NCBI RefSeq assembly: GCF_009914755.1
Contig: NC_060947.1
DNA from: the human T2T-CHM13v2.0 reference genome, Homo sapiens
Strand: one strand, 5' to 3'
DNA: 64,000 nucleotides
Made by a program: the position numbers and the translations under genes. Shown one piece after another: positions 61,786 to 64,000 of this stretch. Under the pieces are notes generated by a model, which saw only the letters and a list, made by a program, of their open reading frames with translations, was not told where the DNA came from and did no database searches. The stretch's first letter is position 1, and every line of letters begins with the position of its first letter.

Positions 61786-63204
61786 ACAATGAGAACACAT
61801 GGACACAGGAAGGGGAACATCACACTCTGGGGACTGTTGTGGGGTGGGGGGAGGGGAGAGGGGTAGCTTTAGGGGATATACCTAATGCTAAATGACGAGT
61901 TAATGGGTGCAGCACACCAGCATGGCACATGTATACGTATGTAACTAACCTGCACATTGTGCACATGTACCCTAAAACTTAAAGTATAATAATTAAATAA
62001 ATAAATAAATAAAAATAAAATAAAAAGTTCAACATCACTGATACTTAGAGAAATGCAAATTAAAACCACAATGAGATACCATCTCACACCAGTCAGAATG
62101 GTGATCACTAAAAAGTCAGGAAACAAGAGGTGCTGGAGAGGTTGCAGAGAAAGTAATGCTTGTACACGGTTGCTCGGAGTGTAAATTAGTGCAACCATTG
62201 TGGAAGACAGTGTGGTGATTCCTCAAAGACCTAAAAACATAAATAGTATTTGACCCAGCAATCCCATTACTGGGTATATACCAAGAGGAGTATAAATCAT
62301 TCTATCATGAAGACACATGCACATGTATGTTCATCACAGCACTATTCACAAAAATAAAGACATGGAATCAACCTAAATGCCCATCAATTATAAACTGGAT
62401 AAAGGAAATGTGGTACATATACACCATAGAATACAATGCAGCCATGAAAAAGAAAAAGCTCATGTCCTTTTCAGGGACATGGATGGACCTGGAGGCCATT
62501 ATCCTTAGCAAACTTGTACAGGAACAGAAAGCCAAATACCGCATGTTCTCACTTACAAGTGGGAGCTAAATGACGAGAACACAGGGACACATAGAGGGAA
62601 ACAACACACACTGGGCATATCAGAGGATGTAGGGTGGGAGGAGGGAGAGGATCAGGAAAAATAACTAATGGGTACTCGACTTAATACCTGGGTGACAAAA
62701 TAACCTGTACAATAAATCCCCCATATAGGACAAGTTTACCTATATAATAAACCTGCACTTGTACCCCCAAACTTAAAATTTAAATTTAAAAATAAAACAA
62801 TATAAAAATAATAAATAAATAAAACAATGTTATGGAGAAAACAAAAGAAAGAAAAAGAAAATGCTGCAAAAATAAAGCCCCTTCCTTTCCTCCCTGTTTA
62901 GAACACTTGCCTGTGAGAACATGATGCTTACTTAATTCTTCTGCAGCCATCTTCAAACTGGAGAAAGGCAAAAAGAATCCCAAGGATTCTACCCCATACC
63001 CAGGGATTATAGAGCTGCTGAAACGTCCGTGGAATTACCTAATTCCAGGCTTGCTGGTAAGTAATAATATAATGGCCTCATGGCTTAAACCACTCTTCAT
63101 TGAGTTTTCTGGTACATGCAGGCAAAAGTGTCCAACCTGAAACATTTTTCATAGGTCTTATTATTCATTCATTTACTGAAAGCAAGAAGTACATCTACTA
63201 TAAT

Positions 63205-63430
63205 CATTAAGACAGACATAGATTTGAATTCTTAGTCTACAATTGACTAGCTGTAGTTTTAGATTGTCATCTAACTTCTCTAAGCCTCAGTTTTCATGAC
63301 TGTAAAATGATTATAGTAATAACATAAGCTACATCAAAGACTTTTTGTGATAATTAAATGAAAAAATAAATGACAAGTACTTATCCTAACTCCCAGCACA
63401 CAGTAAACACTAAATAAAGGATAGTTATTA
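63205..63430 (+). mobile_element. MIR SINE
   Basis: gacagacatagatttgaattc...ctaagcctcagttttcatgactgtaaaatg. Confidence 0.75.
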
Positions 63431-63659
63431 ATATTTTTCTGTTCTCTTATATGTGGCCTAGGACAGAGCCATGTATAGAGTTGGAAGAATCTGTAAAATG
63501 AGTCATACAGAGTTACATAGGCTGTGACTTAAACACAATTACTTCACAACTCTCAGGCCTAAAAGGAAATAGGAAGAAGATAGCTAAATAAAACCTCTCG
63601 ATGATCTACCAAATTCATATTTGTCAATATTTTGAATTCCTAATCCCACTGTTCACTGA

Positions 63660-64000
63660 ATATTTTTGAATAAAAATTTTCTCAGTTACAGCAGTAGTAC
63701 ATAGTCAGTGTAAAAAATTTGAAAAAAAAATACCAAAAAAGTAAAAATCAGGAAATATCAGTCATAGAACCACCACTCAAACTCAATCATTGTTATCATT
63801 CAGTTGCATTTCCTTCCCTCCTTTTCACTGTGTGTTTATACACACATTTTTAAATATGATTGTGTTCACTCTATGTATAAAGGCTTGTGCTCTTTTTTTC
63901 TCCAGTTAATATTGAAACATAAGTATTTCCCCCATGTTATTAAAACCTCCTTGTGAACACATTTTTAATGACTGCCTGGTAGCACATCATGTGGATATGC
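63660..64000 (-). mobile_element. Old L1M (L1ME-like) 3' end
   Basis: accaccactcaaactcaatcattgttatcatt...cataagtatttccccatgttatt...tttttaatgactgc. Confidence 0.5.

Noticed and set aside
61829-61863. G-quadruplex-forming tract
   Set aside because: Standard L1 3'UTR polypurine tract; not specific to this locus.

Overview
Primate (human-like) non-coding genomic DNA: AT-rich and CpG-poor, with no host protein-coding exon, rRNA, tRNA or CRISPR array that I can support. More than half of the window is interspersed repeat. There are three long LINE-1s: an L1PA7/8-type element on the minus strand at 9094-15534, and an old L1PA13-16-type element at 50599-62851 that carries a nested full-length L1PA3/4-type element at 55859-62020. 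The rest includes many L1 fragments, six Alus, a solo LTR8, MaLR/ERVL LTRs, hAT and mariner MITEs (MER30, MER58B, MER5, MER94, MADE1), and MIR, L2 and L3 relics. The long ORFs in the track are decayed L1 frames, Alu-derived or low-complexity. Four features are not explained by repeat annotation: (1) an ungapped 217-bp inverted repeat (~89% identity, 240-bp spacer) at 6681-7354; (2) a perfect 92-bp copy of nearby unique DNA patched into a (CA)n/(GA)n microsatellite junction; (3) a MADE1 end-fragment sitting at a ~500-bp deletion in an inverted L1; (4) an orphan L1 5'UTR with a 156-codon open ORF0-frame. I cannot claim a new biological system. These are best read as structural or repair scars and possible hairpin-RNA or antisense-ORF candidates. 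Subfamily names come from recalled consensus sequences and need RepeatMasker/Dfam confirmation.
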